The translations under genes and the position numbers were made by a program. A DNA stretch of 64,000 nt from Azolla caroliniana (Eukaryota; Plantae; Polypodiophyta), in contig JBHGNT010000013.1 of assembly GCA_043228905.1 (NCBI GenBank), forward strand, positions 3,224,001-3,288,000. The letters run 5' to 3'. The notes beneath the pieces are model-generated. The model saw only the letters and a list, made by a program, of their open reading frames with translations, made no database searches and was not told the origin of the DNA. Of this stretch, positions 48,501 to 62,400 are shown piece by piece (positions within the stretch are counted from its first letter, which is position 1; the number at the start of each line of letters is the position of its first letter).

Positions 48501-51500
48501 CGGTGGGTTTCCTCATTCGCTGACATAAATCGCATTTTCGACAGTAGTCATTTGCGTCCTTCATTATTGTAGGCCACCATAAACCACTGTTCCATATTTT
48601 CCGTGTCGTAGTTTCACCTACATAGTGTCCTCCTACAATGCCACAATGGGTTTCTCGGAGAATTACCGCTTCCTCAAATTGTCGTAATGCCCTTCTCCAA
48701 ATTCCGTCCGCTCCGTTGATAGACAAAAATTCCGACGACAAACGACTAATCTTTTTCTTTCGTCCGTTGATAGGTGCTCAGGTGGCAACCCTAATGTAAG
48801 TAAGATTGTCATTTTTGAGATCCAAGCATGATCGTTGTCTTCGTTTAATTCCTATACATGTATTGTGTCCACTCAAAAGAGCTGCTCATCCGGAAAGTCA
48901 TCTTTCACACCTGTGCCCTCTTCTCCTGACTCTAGTCAGCTAAGATAATCAACAACTACATGTTGTACCCCTAGCCGATGCAGAATGTCGAATTCAAATT
49001 CTTGCTGTAATAGCGTCCATCGTGCCAGCTTACCCATTAATTCTTGTTTCGAAACCAAATAGAGTAAAGCAGAATGATCGACATGGAATGTAAATTTTTT
49101 GCCCAAAAGGTAGTGTCGAAATTTGTTTATACTATAAATCATTCCTAAAGCTTCCCTTTCAGTCGTCGAGTAAGTCCGTTCTGTTGTTGACAGTTTCCGA
49201 CTAGCGTAGTAAATTGGTCTATACCAACTTGTTTCGGATAGTTGCATGAGTGCACTTCCGATTGCTACATCTGATGCGTCGATGAACACATGAAACGGTT
49301 TGTTCTAATCATGTGGTTGAACCACCAGAACTTTAGACATCATTTTCTTGAGGCAGTCATACGCATCCTACTCCACACTTGTCCATTGGAAAGGTGTTTT
49401 ATGCACTACCGTGTGTAAGCAAGATATCTAATCATTCTACTATGCCATGTAATTTGCCCTAAGAACCGACTAAGGCCCTTAGCGTTTGCTGGTGCCGGTG
49501 CCTCTAATATGGCTTTGACCTTGTTTGGGTCTACTATAATTCCTTCCTGACCGACAATGTGACTTAATAATGCTCCACTTGTAACCCTAAACACGCATTT
49601 TGGCGGATTCAAACAGAGGCGACCTTTCTGACATCGTTCCAAGCATAGTTGCAAATGTTCAAAGTGTTCAGATTTCTGACTATAAACCACAAAATCATCC
49701 AAGAAAACTTGATGAATGCGGGAATGTAGTCCCCAAAAATTTCCTGGATGACCCTTTGGAATGTGGCTCGACCTTTTTTTAATCCGAACATCATTACTAC
49801 TGCCACAAACACCCCCCATTCTGTGACAAAAGTTGTCATTTCCTGATCTTCCGGATGCATTCTTACCTGATTATACCCGCTAAAGCCATCAAGAAAACTG
49901 TACATTTCGTGACCCGTTACTACATCCAATATACCATTCGTAAATGGTAATGGAAATGCATCTGTTATTGTTGTTGCATTAAGTTTCGTGTACTCGACAC
50001 ATACCCGAATTTTTCCATTCTTTTTCGGAACGACTACAATTGGACTCAGCCATGTAGCTTTTTTAACATGTCAAATAAACCCTACCTTCAGGAATTTTTC
50101 TATTTCTTCTTTAACTTTAACTGCATAATTAGGATTTAGACGATTCCTGCGTTGTTGAACTGGTTTCGCATCTTTATGAAGATTAATTTGGTGTTGACAG
50201 AAAACTGGATCTAACCCTTTCATATCTTCAAAAGACTAGGCAAACACATCCTTATATTCTTTGATTAAAGTGACTAATCGTTGCTTATCAACCAAGAACA
50301 TATCCTTGGCAATCAGAATTGTTTTCGGCTCAGGCACGTTATCTTCTTTTGCTAAATTTATCTCCTCTAATGCCGAAGTCTGAACTCGTTGAGATACCCT
50401 TAATTCCTTTTCGGTAGCCTCTTGCTGTAGTCATATTTCTTTCATTGTTTGCTCATCCAGTGGTAAACTCTCCGATAGATCCACGTATGATGTCAGAGCT
50501 TCTAATATATCCACTTCGAACAAGGGAATAATTTTTGGGTTATCATTGAAATAATGATGTTCCTCCAGTTCATCCAGTCCTTCCATCATATTCACGGCCT
50601 TTGCATGAATTGACAAACATTGCTTACTTGTAGTAACCTTATTTTGTGTTGACACGCGGATTTTAGTTTTTCCTTTCCGGAATGTCAATCAATTCTGATT
50701 CCAATTTTGCTTAATATTAGCAGTTTTTAACCATGGCCGTCCTCATAGCAAAGGATATGCTCTAGGAGCCTTTAGATGGAGCACGACGGCCAATATTTGA
50801 AAAGTGTGACCACCTAACACGACATCTAATTGCCACAGTAATCCTATTGGTCGTACCGTACTAGTATCGGCCATTCTCAACCAAAATGGACATGCTTCCT
50901 ATTTGGTAATGCCGAGCTTATCACAAGTAATCTTATTAATTACATTAACTCCTGAGCCACCATCGACAATAGCACCATCTATTTCTTGGCCATGAATTAT
51001 GACCTTAGTGGACAGATTCTGCTCATCTATCATTGTCAGACTATTACTAGGCTGACTATAGTTAACAACTACTTGTTCGGTGCCGTTCTGGGTAATCAGA
51101 TTTGCCACTTTCTCCGTAAATCTTGGAACCAATTTGAGTAATCCCGTCAAAGGTAATGATACTTGGCAATCAACCAAGATTTTCCAAGCTTCCTCTTGTT
51201 CCTGTACTGCCATTGGTCCGGGCAGATCGTTAATTTGGTTATCTCATTGTCCTGCAATATTCTGGACACATTATTTTTATTTGCTTCCTCCACCCATTCC
51301 TTGGCTGCTTTCCTGGCCGCTTCCTGAATTTCCCATTCAGATTGTTTATTTTTACTCCTAGTAGTTACTTGTTGAATTTCTGGTATCACCATATTGACGG
51401 TGGGTGCTTTTCCTTTTAATGTCCATCCTTCCTGCAAATGTAACAGTTAGGAATAAATGTTCCGCTACCTTCACCTTATTCATATTGGTGACCTCCATTC

Positions 51501-53239
51501 TCATCAGAATCCAGATTTTCTCTCTGAGAATCATGTTGAAATTGTTGTGACGCTTTTTGCTTGTAGAACTTTTTGTTATTAGGTCAATTTGGTTTATAAT
51601 GACCTCCTTTTGGTTGTTGACGACTATTATCCTGTGTTTGTTGAAAATCTTGACTTTGCTAAGAATCATATTGTCGGTTGTCTTCTTGATACCGATTGTT
51701 GAACCTATTACGATTATCCTGGTACCCATTTTCTAGAAACATTTGTCGCACCGGTGCTATTGTTTTGTTAAGCAGATTATATTCACACTGCTCCACTGAA
51801 TGGGCTTTAGAGTGACATATTGTGCAATGTGTTCACAAGCTACACTCTATTGATGAATGCCCCGTATTTAAACAAGTAGTACATTGTACTGCTTGTCGAA
51901 ACTGGAACTCCTCTAGAGTTGGCAAGGTATGATGTAATGCCAACATATCCATACTCCTTACATTTTTTCGATTCCGGCCTATAGCGATTGCCTTATCAAC
52001 CACTTGCTCGATTGTCTAATTCCGGAAATCAAACACTACTAATGTTGTTCGTAATGGTTCACAAATTGCTTCAAGAAATATATCCTTCAATTCGTCATCC
52101 AAAATTGACTTGGAAATCTGGAGTTTAGGGTTTAGGGTTTAGGATGACAAACTGTGACACCGTTTCATGTGGCTCTTGATATAATGCATAGAATTGAGCT
52201 ATCAAATCCTTCTGAGGAATCTGACGATGAAATAATTGCCAAAATTTGTTGGTTAGCTCTTCAAAAGTTTCGAACGCTTTGAAACCATTCTGCGCAAACC
52301 AATTAGCAAACTGACCATCCAATGATAAAACAAACTCAGCAATTTTTGACTTGTCCTCGGCTACCGCCGACAGTCTCTGAGCTCCATGGTTTATTTCGCA
52401 TGTTGTCAAGAAGTCCCTAACATGTGCTTTTGCATCAGCTCCCTCCCGAAATTTAGAATACGGGTAAGGCATATTGTCTTCACTCCAAATATCGTAAAAT
52501 GATACCTCTTCCGACGGATTTTCGTTTGACTGACTATCAAACAAATCGGGAAGTGAAGACCACCTCCGACTTGTTTCTAGTTGTACTTCTACAACAGAAT
52601 CCTTTTCTACTTCCTTTGTAACTGAACGTGTACGAGGACATTTACAACCAACTGGTGTATCTGGACCAGACGACATCCATTCGACTTGTTCTCTGCTAAT
52701 TGCAGATGTAACCGGGCGTGCCAAAATTATACTGTGTTGTCCGGCCGACAATAAACTATGTTGTTGACACAGTATAAGTCGAACGTTGTTTACCGAATGT
52801 TCTATCAATGAATTGTGGTTAGACGAACGGATATTAAGTTATTGTAATAATATCGATGTTATGCATACATTGAGATCGTTACTTATGTAATATAGTTATA
52901 TTAAGATGGAAATAGATTAGAAGAATAACTAATTGCACACTGAGATTTGCTACAACTAACATATATTACTAAAATAAACGATTTGCTACAACTAACATAT
53001 ATTACTAAAATAAACGATAGTTTTTACAATGCCTTCAATTCCTTTTATAGGTAACCGAAAGGACTTCCTCATCAAGAAACATACTGCCATAACAGCAAGA
53101 ATTACAAAATCTGTAACTAACTATATTTTTGGTTTTTAATTATATTCGGCAAAATGCTGACTCATTGATCCTCTTTATTGATCCGACTTCGACTCCAACA
53201 CTTCTTCACTTGACCGACCGCCCCTTTGTCCGGGTAACA
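45511..53239 (-). mobile_element. Non-chromovirus Ty3/gypsy copy C: 5' LTR (52728-53239), PBS, gag-pol and extra ORF. 3' end lost.
   Basis: gag ~52470-51400, protease AIVDGGSG, RT FLDD, RNase H IDASD, integrase WGLDFVGP..ANGLAE, GPY/F-like WTGPVW, all decayed. Confidence 0.9.
52711..52723 (-). promoter_or_regulatory. Primer-binding site, tRNA-Arg type
   Basis: TGGCACGCCCGGT, 4 nt after the LTR end. tRNA identity is from recall of plant tRNA-Arg 3' ends. Confidence 0.75.
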
Positions 53240-53901
53240 ACTCTGGTATTTGAAAGGCACCACGAGTATGTGCCTCAAGTTCGGCTTCGGTAATCCCCAA
53301 CTTGATGGATTCACGGATTCGGATATGTCGATTGATGCAGATACCAATCGGTCTACATCCGGATATGTCATGACTTATGTAGGGGGAGTTGTTTCCTGAT
53401 AGTCTAGGCTGCAGAAGATGATTGCGTTGTCAACCACGGAGGCGGAGTACATGGTAGCTATAGAAGCCGGTAAGGAGATGATCTGGATGAAGGACTTCAT
53501 CGAAGAGCTAGGGATCCAACAGGAGGAATACCGGCTCTACTGCGATAGTCAAAGTGTCATCCACCTTGCAAAGAACATGGCCTACCATTCCCGGATGAAA
53601 CATATCCAGCGGAGGTACCATTGGATCCGGGAGAGAGTAGAATATCAAGAGTTCGTGCTTACGAAGATCTACACGGAGGAGAATGGTTCTGTCGGATATG
53701 CTGACCAAGGTGTTGACAACCGACAAGCTGGACGCATGCTGAAAGCGGATCAGGCTTGCGAGACATCCCATGCCGGAGTGAAGGGGGAGTTTGTTGGGAA
53801 GTCGGTCCCTCCGGATGGGATCGGGTGATGAATAAAGAGGACTCGGTGAGAACTGGAAGAGAAAACATATCTGCAAATATGTTTTCTCTTAGTAAGCCTA
53901 T
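53240..53901 (+). pseudogene. Copia RT end/RNase H, PPT and truncated 3' LTR (53792-53901), likely the continuation of the copy broken at 12015
   Basis: YLKGTT..FTDSD..TEAEY. The LTR matches the 2324 subfamily (GGTGATGAATAAAGAG..GAGAAAACATATCT). Confidence 0.85.
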
Positions 53902-55217
53902 GAGTGTCTTGTATCATGTGCCCAACGACACAAATGCCTATGAGATCTGACAGAAGCTATCAGGTCTGTATGAGAGGAAGAATGCCCTCAACAAAATATC
54001 TTTGATGAGAATGATTGTGAGGTTGAAGTAAAGGGATGGAGAAAGCATAGTGGAACATGTTAACACATTCTTGCGGTATGTGAACCAACTTGCGGCAACC
54101 AAGTTTCCCCTTGATGATGTAATGCAGGACATCCTACTATTGTGTACCCTGTCAAACAACTGGGAGAATCTACTGGTGACTCTTAGCACCTCGTTTCATG
54201 AAGAGAACTTGTCTCTACAAGTGGTAAAGTCAAGCATCTTGAACGAGAAGACAAGGAGGAAGGACAAGGGTGTCCTATCCCAATCGGAGTGAAATATGGC
54301 TCAACAATACGACAGAGGAAGGAACCGGCAAAGAAGAGATAAGTCCTAGGCCAGATCCAATTCCAAAGGTAAGCTGACATGCTTTTATTGTGGAAAACCT
54401 GGACACTTCCAGAAGGACTGTTGATACCTCAAGAAGGACAAAGGTTCCTTAAAGGATGTCAAACATAGAAAGATTTCTGAGGAGAAAGGCACATCAGTCG
54501 TAGCTCCAAGTGAAGAGGAGATCTTGTTCATTTGTGAGCAGGCAAGCACAAATCTTGCAAGTGAAGAGTGCACCTGGGTAATCGACTTGGGTGCATCCTT
54601 TCATATAACTCCCTCGAGTGAGCGTTTCTCGACCAACACATTCGGGGATCACAGTTGCGTGAAGATGGGAGATAATGGGGAATGCAAGATAGTCGGAGTC
54701 GGAAATGTATGTCTGACAATGTCAACAGGTTGTCGGCTGACTTTGAAGGATGTCTGACATGTGCCCGATATCAGGCTGAATCTAATATCGACTGGACTTA
54801 GGATGCACGACAAAGGCTATAGTGGTAGTTTTTGAAATGGCAAGTAGAAGTTCTACCAAGGAAACCTCATTGTGGCTTGAGCACAGAAAGAGGGCACATT
54901 ATATATGATGCATGCCCGACTGTGCAAGTCGAAAGCAAATGTGGTAGCCGACTCGAGTGGAGAGTTATGGCATAAAAGGCTCGGCCACATGAGTGAAAAG
55001 GAAATGTGTATCCTAGCAGACTCTTCTCCCGAAAGTGAAAGCAGTGCATTTGGAGAAGTGTGTCGACTGCTGAGTCCAAAAGCAGAACAGAGCAACATTC
55101 CACACAAGACCACCAAGTAGAAGAGAAGCTGCACTGGAACTACTACACACAAATGTGTGCTATGTAGATGCTCCATCACATAGTGGTGGAAAATACTTTG
55201 TGACGTTCATAGATGAC
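53902..55217 (+). pseudogene. Decayed copia gag-PR-integrase fragment from a related subfamily
   Basis: NDTNAYEI, CFYCGKPGH, WVIDLGASFH, LWHKRLGH, YFVTFIDD. Confidence 0.85.
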
Positions 55218-55245
55218 TGTTGAGATACAAGCTCAACATTAGGTG

Positions 55246-57721
55246 TGTAAACTGGTGCGTAGAATGGGTGCATAAACCGCGGGCGCAATAAGAGGCCGTA
55301 GCGGTGCGTAAATCGGGAGGTCGTTAGATAGATATTCCGCGAAGGAATATATTTTGGGAGTTAGTGTAGAGGCTCATTGATGAGCATTGAAGTACGTGTG
55401 AGTACTTCTGTCAGTCTGTATGGACTTGTATAAAACTGCTCTTTGAGCACATCCTATGTACAAAGTTTTAGAGTATTGTTTTGGAATAGAATTTTTTGTG
55501 TTCTACTCTATCTGTCTCTCTCACGTACGCTGTTTTGATTAAGCTTTCCATTAAACCTTCTGTGTCTTTTATCTATTGTTATTGGGTTGTGTCTGTTAAG
55601 CTTCCACATGCATATTCTTTTACATGGTATCAGAGCACGAGGGTTGAGAATCCCTGCTGTCGACAAACAGACTAACCCTAATCATGGTGAAGAAAAGAAG
55701 AAGGAAAGAATGAACAGAGGAATGGGTAGCTCGCTTCCGACGGATAAGCTTGACATAAGAAACTATGAGTCTTGGTCGTACAAGATGCACCAGTACCTGC
55801 TCGGGCATGGCTACTAGAGTTATGTCGATGGAGCTAATGACGTAACACCCGAATCGACACATAGAGATTGCCCAACCTAGGAATAGGTGACAAGTAGAGT
55901 TCTCTACTGCTTCGCATCCTATGTGAGCGATCATCTTGTGAGCTACATTCGGGATGCGAGGACGCCGAATGATTGTTGGGGAAATCTGAAAAAGATTTTC
56001 GCCGCGAGCATCAAAGCCAGAAAGCTCCAACTCAAGCAAGAGTTGAGCAATGTTCGACAACAAGATATGTCGGTGGCTGATTACACCTCCAAGATCAAGG
56101 ACATCAGCGACTCTCTTGCCTCCGTGGATGTAAACATCGAGGAGAATGAGATGGTGTAGGTCTGCCTCAGAGGGTTAGTCTTGAAGTTCAGAGGATTCCG
56201 AATTGTTGTCTATACGAGGGAGAATACGCCATCATTTTTTGACTTACAGTAGATGCTCCTAATAGAGGAGAACCACGCGGGTGCATCAACGAGTACTCAC
56301 GCCGACAACAAGATGTTGTACATGGAGGAAGATAGACCCTGTGGTCGTGGAGGACAAGGCGATTCGGTGTGCAATGAAGGCAACCAACAGGAGCAAGATG
56401 GAAGGCATGGTCGTAATGCCAACATTAGTTCCGGACCCTCCAGAGGCAGGGGAATTCGAGTTGGCGCCGGAAACTGACAAGGAAATCCCGTTGCGGAATG
56501 TTGATACTGTGGCAAGAAAGGCCATAGGGAGAGCGAGTGCTGGAAGAAACACGCCGATTCAGAGAAAACAACATCCGGTTTCGGGTGGACCGAACAAAGA
56601 AATCGGCAACGATCACACTGCGCCGAGGGCTCTGAACGAGCCGAAAATGGATCGGGCCCAACCTTCGTAATGAAGCACAAGGCCAATTCGATGGTGGTGA
56701 ACACCTCGAAACCGAATGAGGTGTGATATATTGATTCCGGAGCGTCAAATCATATGACGAGTCACAAGGAATGGTTCTCGTACTTGGAGAAACCGGGAAA
56801 ACAAGGAGTGATCGAAACTGGAGAGGACACTCCGCATACCATTGAACATGTCCGTGAAGTTCCCCTCAGCCACCTTGGGCAGAAAGGGAAACACATGAAC
56901 GTGTTACACGTCCCGATGATAACGAAGAACCTGGTGTCGGTCGGACAAATCGTCTACTAGGGGATGCAAGTTTGATTCACACATCTCGATTGCTACATCG
57001 AAGAAGAGGGCAAATTCATTGAGCAAGGGCATTGAGAATGGAGGATGTTCATCCTCAACACCAATGAAGTCGGAACCTCATTGTTTGCGACAGGACGGAA
57101 GGTCGAGTCGGACATCGACCTATGGCACATTGTTTTCGGATTGCTGAAATTTATTGGTTGAAATGGTCAAGTCTACGAAGCTTGATAGCTTGGAATGCAG
57201 CAACGATTTCCATTCCCCAACGAGTGTAATCGGAGTCGAAATCCGCTCAATGTGATCCATTCAGATTTATCGTGAGCAACCCTGAACGTGAGCATCAGAG
57301 GAAGCCATTACTTTGTAACCTTCATCGATGACTTCACTCGGTAGACTTGGGCATACTTGATCACGAAAAAGAGCGAAGGCTTCGCGTGTTTCCTTAAGGT
57401 GAAGAGCCTTGCGGAAAGGGAAACCCGGCGAAAGATCTGATGGCGGGAAGGAGTACTTCTTCGACCAGTTCTTGAGTTATCTACAAAAGGAGGGAATTCG
57501 ACATAAATTCTCCTGTAGATACACACCGCAGCAGAACGGCGTGGCCAAGAGGAAGAATCGGACGTTAGAGGAGGCGGCAAGGGCAATTCTTGAAGAGAAG
57601 GATCTGCCGAAGTTCTATTGGCCCGAAGAGATCAGAATAGCTGTCTACCTCCAGAATTGGGCATCTACCAATGGAGGAGTGTTGCCACATGAATTGTACT
57701 TAAAGAAGAAGCCAAACTTGG
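55246..57721 (+). mobile_element. Copia 5' half: LTR 55246-55624, PBS 55625-55636, decayed gag-PR-integrase
   Basis: TGTAAA..TTTACA directly followed by TGGTATCAGAGC. IDSGASNHMT and YTPQQNGVA motifs. Confidence 0.85.
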
Positions 57722-59469
57722 TGTAAATGTTAATGTGCGGAAGTGTTAGACAAAACTGGCTCAGCCGGATAGCAATAGAAAATGAGATGAAGGTTTAATG
57801 GAGAAGCTTAAGACAAAGAGTATATACGGGAGAGACAGAGAGAGAGCAGAACATAGACTATATTCAAAAAATAACTCTAAAACTCTATACATACAATGTG
57901 CTAAACATCACTATTTATACAAGTCCATAAAGGATAGACAGAAGTACTAACAGGTACTTCAATGCTCATATGTGCGATTGACACTAACTACGAGACAATG
58001 ATTACCTAGTAGTATAGGCTACTACTAGGCTTCCGGTTCCCACTCGAATCCGGCTCTCCAATCTGTCTCCCCGATCCGGCTCATCCTTTTCGATGCCAAT
58101 CTAGCTCAAGCTTCTTCAGCCGATCCGGATCCAGTTCAGCTTGCTCGCTTAGCACTCCCCCTCAAGCTCAACTAGAGGTCGGATCGTAGTGTTAGTGTCT
58201 GTGGCCGCCGGTTCTTCTATGTGGCTCCTTCTAGTGTTGGTCGGCCTTGCTTGCGCTCCTCGTCTGGTCTGGTCCTATTTGCCGTGACACTTCTGGTTTT
58301 ACGCACTTTGATCTCCTCGGTCGGCTTGTCTGCTCAATAGGCCCATTTCAGCTCCCTCGCAGCTGTGACTCCGGTGCTTGTCGACCCATTGGTTCCTTTG
58401 TGTTGGCGTCGACTTCCGCTATGTCCGTGTTCATTTGGCCTTTAGTTGATCCGGCTTCTCTGAATCTTGAACCGAATCGGGGTTCTTCAACTCGTCTTTT
58501 GGTTTCAGGCCCTTCATCATATCAGACCATGTCTGGGTCTTGGCCTTCTTCTTCCGGTCGGCTCTATCCTTCTTGACTCTACCACCGATGGCGCTCGTTC
58601 CGACTTGTTCGGATGTGCTGACTTGCTTCATCGACTCGGCTTCCTTTTTCCCTTTGGCTCCCCCTTTCATGGCTCCTTCTTCCTCTCTGGCTCCTTGTTC
58701 TGTGCCATTGGTTCCCTTTCCTTTTCTCCCCCTCAAATGTGGCACGTCGAGATGCTGAACACCAAGCATTTCGGTGAAGTGCTACAACTTGTCTGATCCG
58801 TGTGGTTTGGTGAAAATATCGGCAACTTGCCGATCCGTCTAAACATACCGAAATTCAACCTCACTGCTCAAAACCCGCTCATGCACGAAGTGATAATGCA
58901 CTTCTATGTGCTTTGTCCAAGCATGGAACACGGGGTTCTTGCCGAGCTGAATGTTGCTCATGTTGTCACAGTAGATCAGGATTGGGGTCGGTACCTCAAT
59001 CCGCAGGTCTTGTAGTGGTTGCCGAAGCCAGATGGCTTCACAGGTGGCATTGGTAGCGCCACGGTATTCAGCCTCAGTGCTTGACAGAGCCATTGTTGGC
59101 TACATTTTGCTGCACCACACAACAACCTCGCTAGCTAGAGAAAACATGTAACCGGAGATGTATCGGCGATTCGATGCATCACCAGCCTAGTAGGCCTCTG
59201 TGTACCCGACTAGTTCTTCAGCTATAACATGTCGGTATAACAGTCCCCAGTCCTTCGTGCCGCTAACATACCGGAGTATTTGGTGTGCGCACTCAAGGTG
59301 CTCGACGTTAGGCTTCTGCATGAATTGGTTGGTCACACCGACCGGATAACTGATGTCGAGTGGGGTGATTGTCAAGTATATCAGGCTTCCGAAGATTTGT
59401 CAAAACCATTTCTCATTGCAGGCCAGTCAGGAGTTGGGACAAATCTTCTAGTTCCGGTCTAGGGGTGTG
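57722..59469 (-). mobile_element. Copia 3' end (RT end, RNase H, PPT, LTR 57722-58154), LTR related to 55246-55624
   Basis: ALSSTEAEY, KHIEVHYHF, PPT TTGAGGGGGAG at 58155-58165, shared LTR block GAGCATTGAAGTAC..AGTACTTCTGTC. Confidence 0.85.
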
Positions 59470-62400
59470 TGTAGGGAATGAACAAGGTCGTCAGTGCGGA
59501 AGAGATCACACAGTATGAATCTGTGAGGAAGAAATACCTGCGTATGAGAGAGGCAAGAACACAATACGCACAGAGAGAGAGAGAGAGAGGCACAAAGAAT
59601 ATATCTATATTCATAAAAGGGCAACCATTACAATAATGAACAACCAACCTTTACAAAAGGTTACAAAGTCACTTTATATAGTGACTCACTTAGGGCGATT
59701 GCCCTTTATGTTATTTACAGAAATAGCCCGAACTTGGGCTCTCTAAGAGGATAGTGTGAATACGTCCATTATACATTTGTATTCGACACTCCCCCGTAAT
59801 GGGCGTATACATGGGTTATCTAAAAAATACAGGTATAGGCATAGGTTCTCGGACAGGTCGGTTTTGTTCGAATCGGCATGATTCGTAGATAGAAGACCGA
59901 ATTGGTCAGGTCGGAAAAGCTGAAGCCGATTGTCAATGAACCGATGTCTGTTGTCCGAAACCATCCTGCACTATGTCCGGCTTCAACCGGACCGATATGT
60001 TGTTACACCCATTTGTTGCCGAAGAGACCGGAACCAGTTTGCCGAAAGACAGTTGGTCATTCCATCTGCGACATTATCGGTTGTGGATATCTTCTCTAAA
60101 CCGATTTTCCCGGAAATGACGCAGTCCTGAACAAAGTGATATCGAACTTCGATATGCTTGGAGGCGTTGTGATGAACCGGATTTTTCGACAAAGCAACAG
60201 CACTCTTACTGTCGCTGTAGACAACTGGAGCCGAGTCGGAGTCGACTTGCCGAAACGTGTGCGCCAGCCGACCAAGCCATAAAGCTTCTTTCGCTACGTC
60301 GGAGGCAGCTACACATTCTCCTTCGGTCGTTGAGGTGGTTGTGCACTCTTGAAGTTTTGACTTCCACGAGATTGCTCCATTGCCGAATTTAAAGCAATAT
60401 CCGGTTGTTGACTTGCGACTGTCCACACAATAGCCGAAGTCCGAGTCGGTGTAACCGACTACGCCTAAAGTTGAGTTCGGACCGAAAAGGATGTCGTGGT
60501 CTTTTGTGCCAGCTAAATATCTGAACACATGCTTGACTGCGTTCGAGTGCGATCGGCGGGGATTGTCCATAAATCTTTTGATGACTCCTACGGCGTGAGA
60601 AATATCAGGCCGTGTCGCGACCATCGCGTACATCAGAGAGCCTACTGCCGGTGCATACGGTACCTACTTCATATCTTCCCCCTCCGAACCAGATGTCGGG
60701 TAGTCTCGTTGTGAAAGCCGAAGATGAATGGGGAGCGGGGTCGAAGCAGACTTGGTTGATTGCATGTTGAAGTGTTCCAAGACACGTCCAAGGTAGTCGG
60801 TTTGAGACAGAAAAAGTTGTCTTTTGGCGCGATTCCGACTAATCTTCATTCCGAGTATGTGTCTTGCCCGACCGAGGTCCTTCATGGTAAACTTCAATTG
60901 CAGTTTCCGAACGAGATCGGTGAGCTCTCCGGTATGCCAACCGGAGAGTAGCATGTCATCCACGTAGATGATGAGGAAGACGGGAGAACCGTCTTGAGCT
61001 ATTTTGATGAAGAGGCAATGGTCCTCATCGCTCTTGGAGAAGCCGACCGACTGGATGAAATCGTCGAACTTCTTGTACCACTGTCGGGGTGCTTGTTTCA
61101 GGCCGTAAAGACTCTTCCTGAGTCGGCAGACTAGATGTTCCTGATTGGTGGCCACAAAGCCTTTTGGCTGCTCCATGTAGATTTCCTCCTTTAGATCACC
61201 GTGGAGGAATGTCGTTGTCACATCTAGCTGAATCAGCTCCAAATTGTCAGCAGCCACAACACCGAGCATGAAACGAAGGGTTGTCATTTTCACCATTGGT
61301 GAAAAGATTTCGTCGAAGTCGACGCCATATTCCTGTCGAAATCCCTTTGCAACTAATCTGGCCTTGTACTTTGGGGTGGTCGAGTCGGACGTCTCCTTTA
61401 GTCTATAGACCCACTTGCTTCAGTAAGTCGACCAGATCCCAAGTCTTGTTGGTGCGGATGGAGTGCATTTCCGACTCCATTGCCAGATGCCAGGTGGCTG
61501 AATCGGCAGCTGCCGATGCTTCTTCGTAGGACGTCGGTTCGCCGGCGTTAGTGAAGAAAATTCCGGGAGAGTACCTCTCCGAAGGTTGCGACAGTCTCTC
61601 GGATCTTCGAGGTATGATTGGACTAGTGGCACCGGGTGTTGATGTCGGATGGTCGGAAGTCAAGCCATTTGGCTGTGCCGAATCTGTGGATTCGGTGCGA
61701 GAGAAGTCAGTTACTTGTGAAACCGATCTCATGTTGTGTGTTGGGCCGTCATAAAGGGTTGGCACTTCGGAAAATATTACCCTTCGGACTTCAATAGGCC
61801 TTTCGGCCGTTGTGTTGATAGTCGACTCGTTGAACACGACGTCCGAACTTCGGACGATTTGCCTGTGCTCGGGGTCCCAGAGTTGGTATCCGATCTCGCC
61901 GTCGGGTCCATACCCGAGGAAAACGCATTTCCTTGATCTCGGTTCGAGTTTTCGGCGGTCGTCTTTCGGTATGAGGGCGTATGCCTCGCAACCGAAAATC
62001 CTCAGCTTATCATAATTTGGCTTTCTGCCGGTCCATATTTCCTGAGGTATCTTAAGTCCTAGAGGTCTACTTGGCGACATATTGATTATGTGTACTGCCG
62101 TGAGTAGAGGCTCTGCCCAGAAGCCATCCGACAGTCCGGAGTGTTGGAGCATGGATACAACGCGTTCTTGAATCGTCCGATTCATGCGTTCTGCGATTCC
62201 GTTCTGCTCCGGACTATATGGTGCCGTATATTCACGTCTAATGCCGCGTTCTGGGAGAAAATTGACGAATTCATCAGATTTGAACTCACCTCCATTATCG
62301 GTTCGGAGACACTTCAGTTTCTGACCGGTATGGTTTTCGACCATTGCGAGCCAATCTGAGAAGATCGAGAACACCCGATCTTTGGTTCTGATGGGGTAAG

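Noticed and set aside
19561-53239. Single 33.7-kb element bounded by LTRs 19561-20051 and 52728-53239
   Set aside because: The LTRs are clearly diverged, the flanks (TTTGG vs ACTCT) are not a TSD, and pol and the extra ORF each occur twice, so these are two partial copies.
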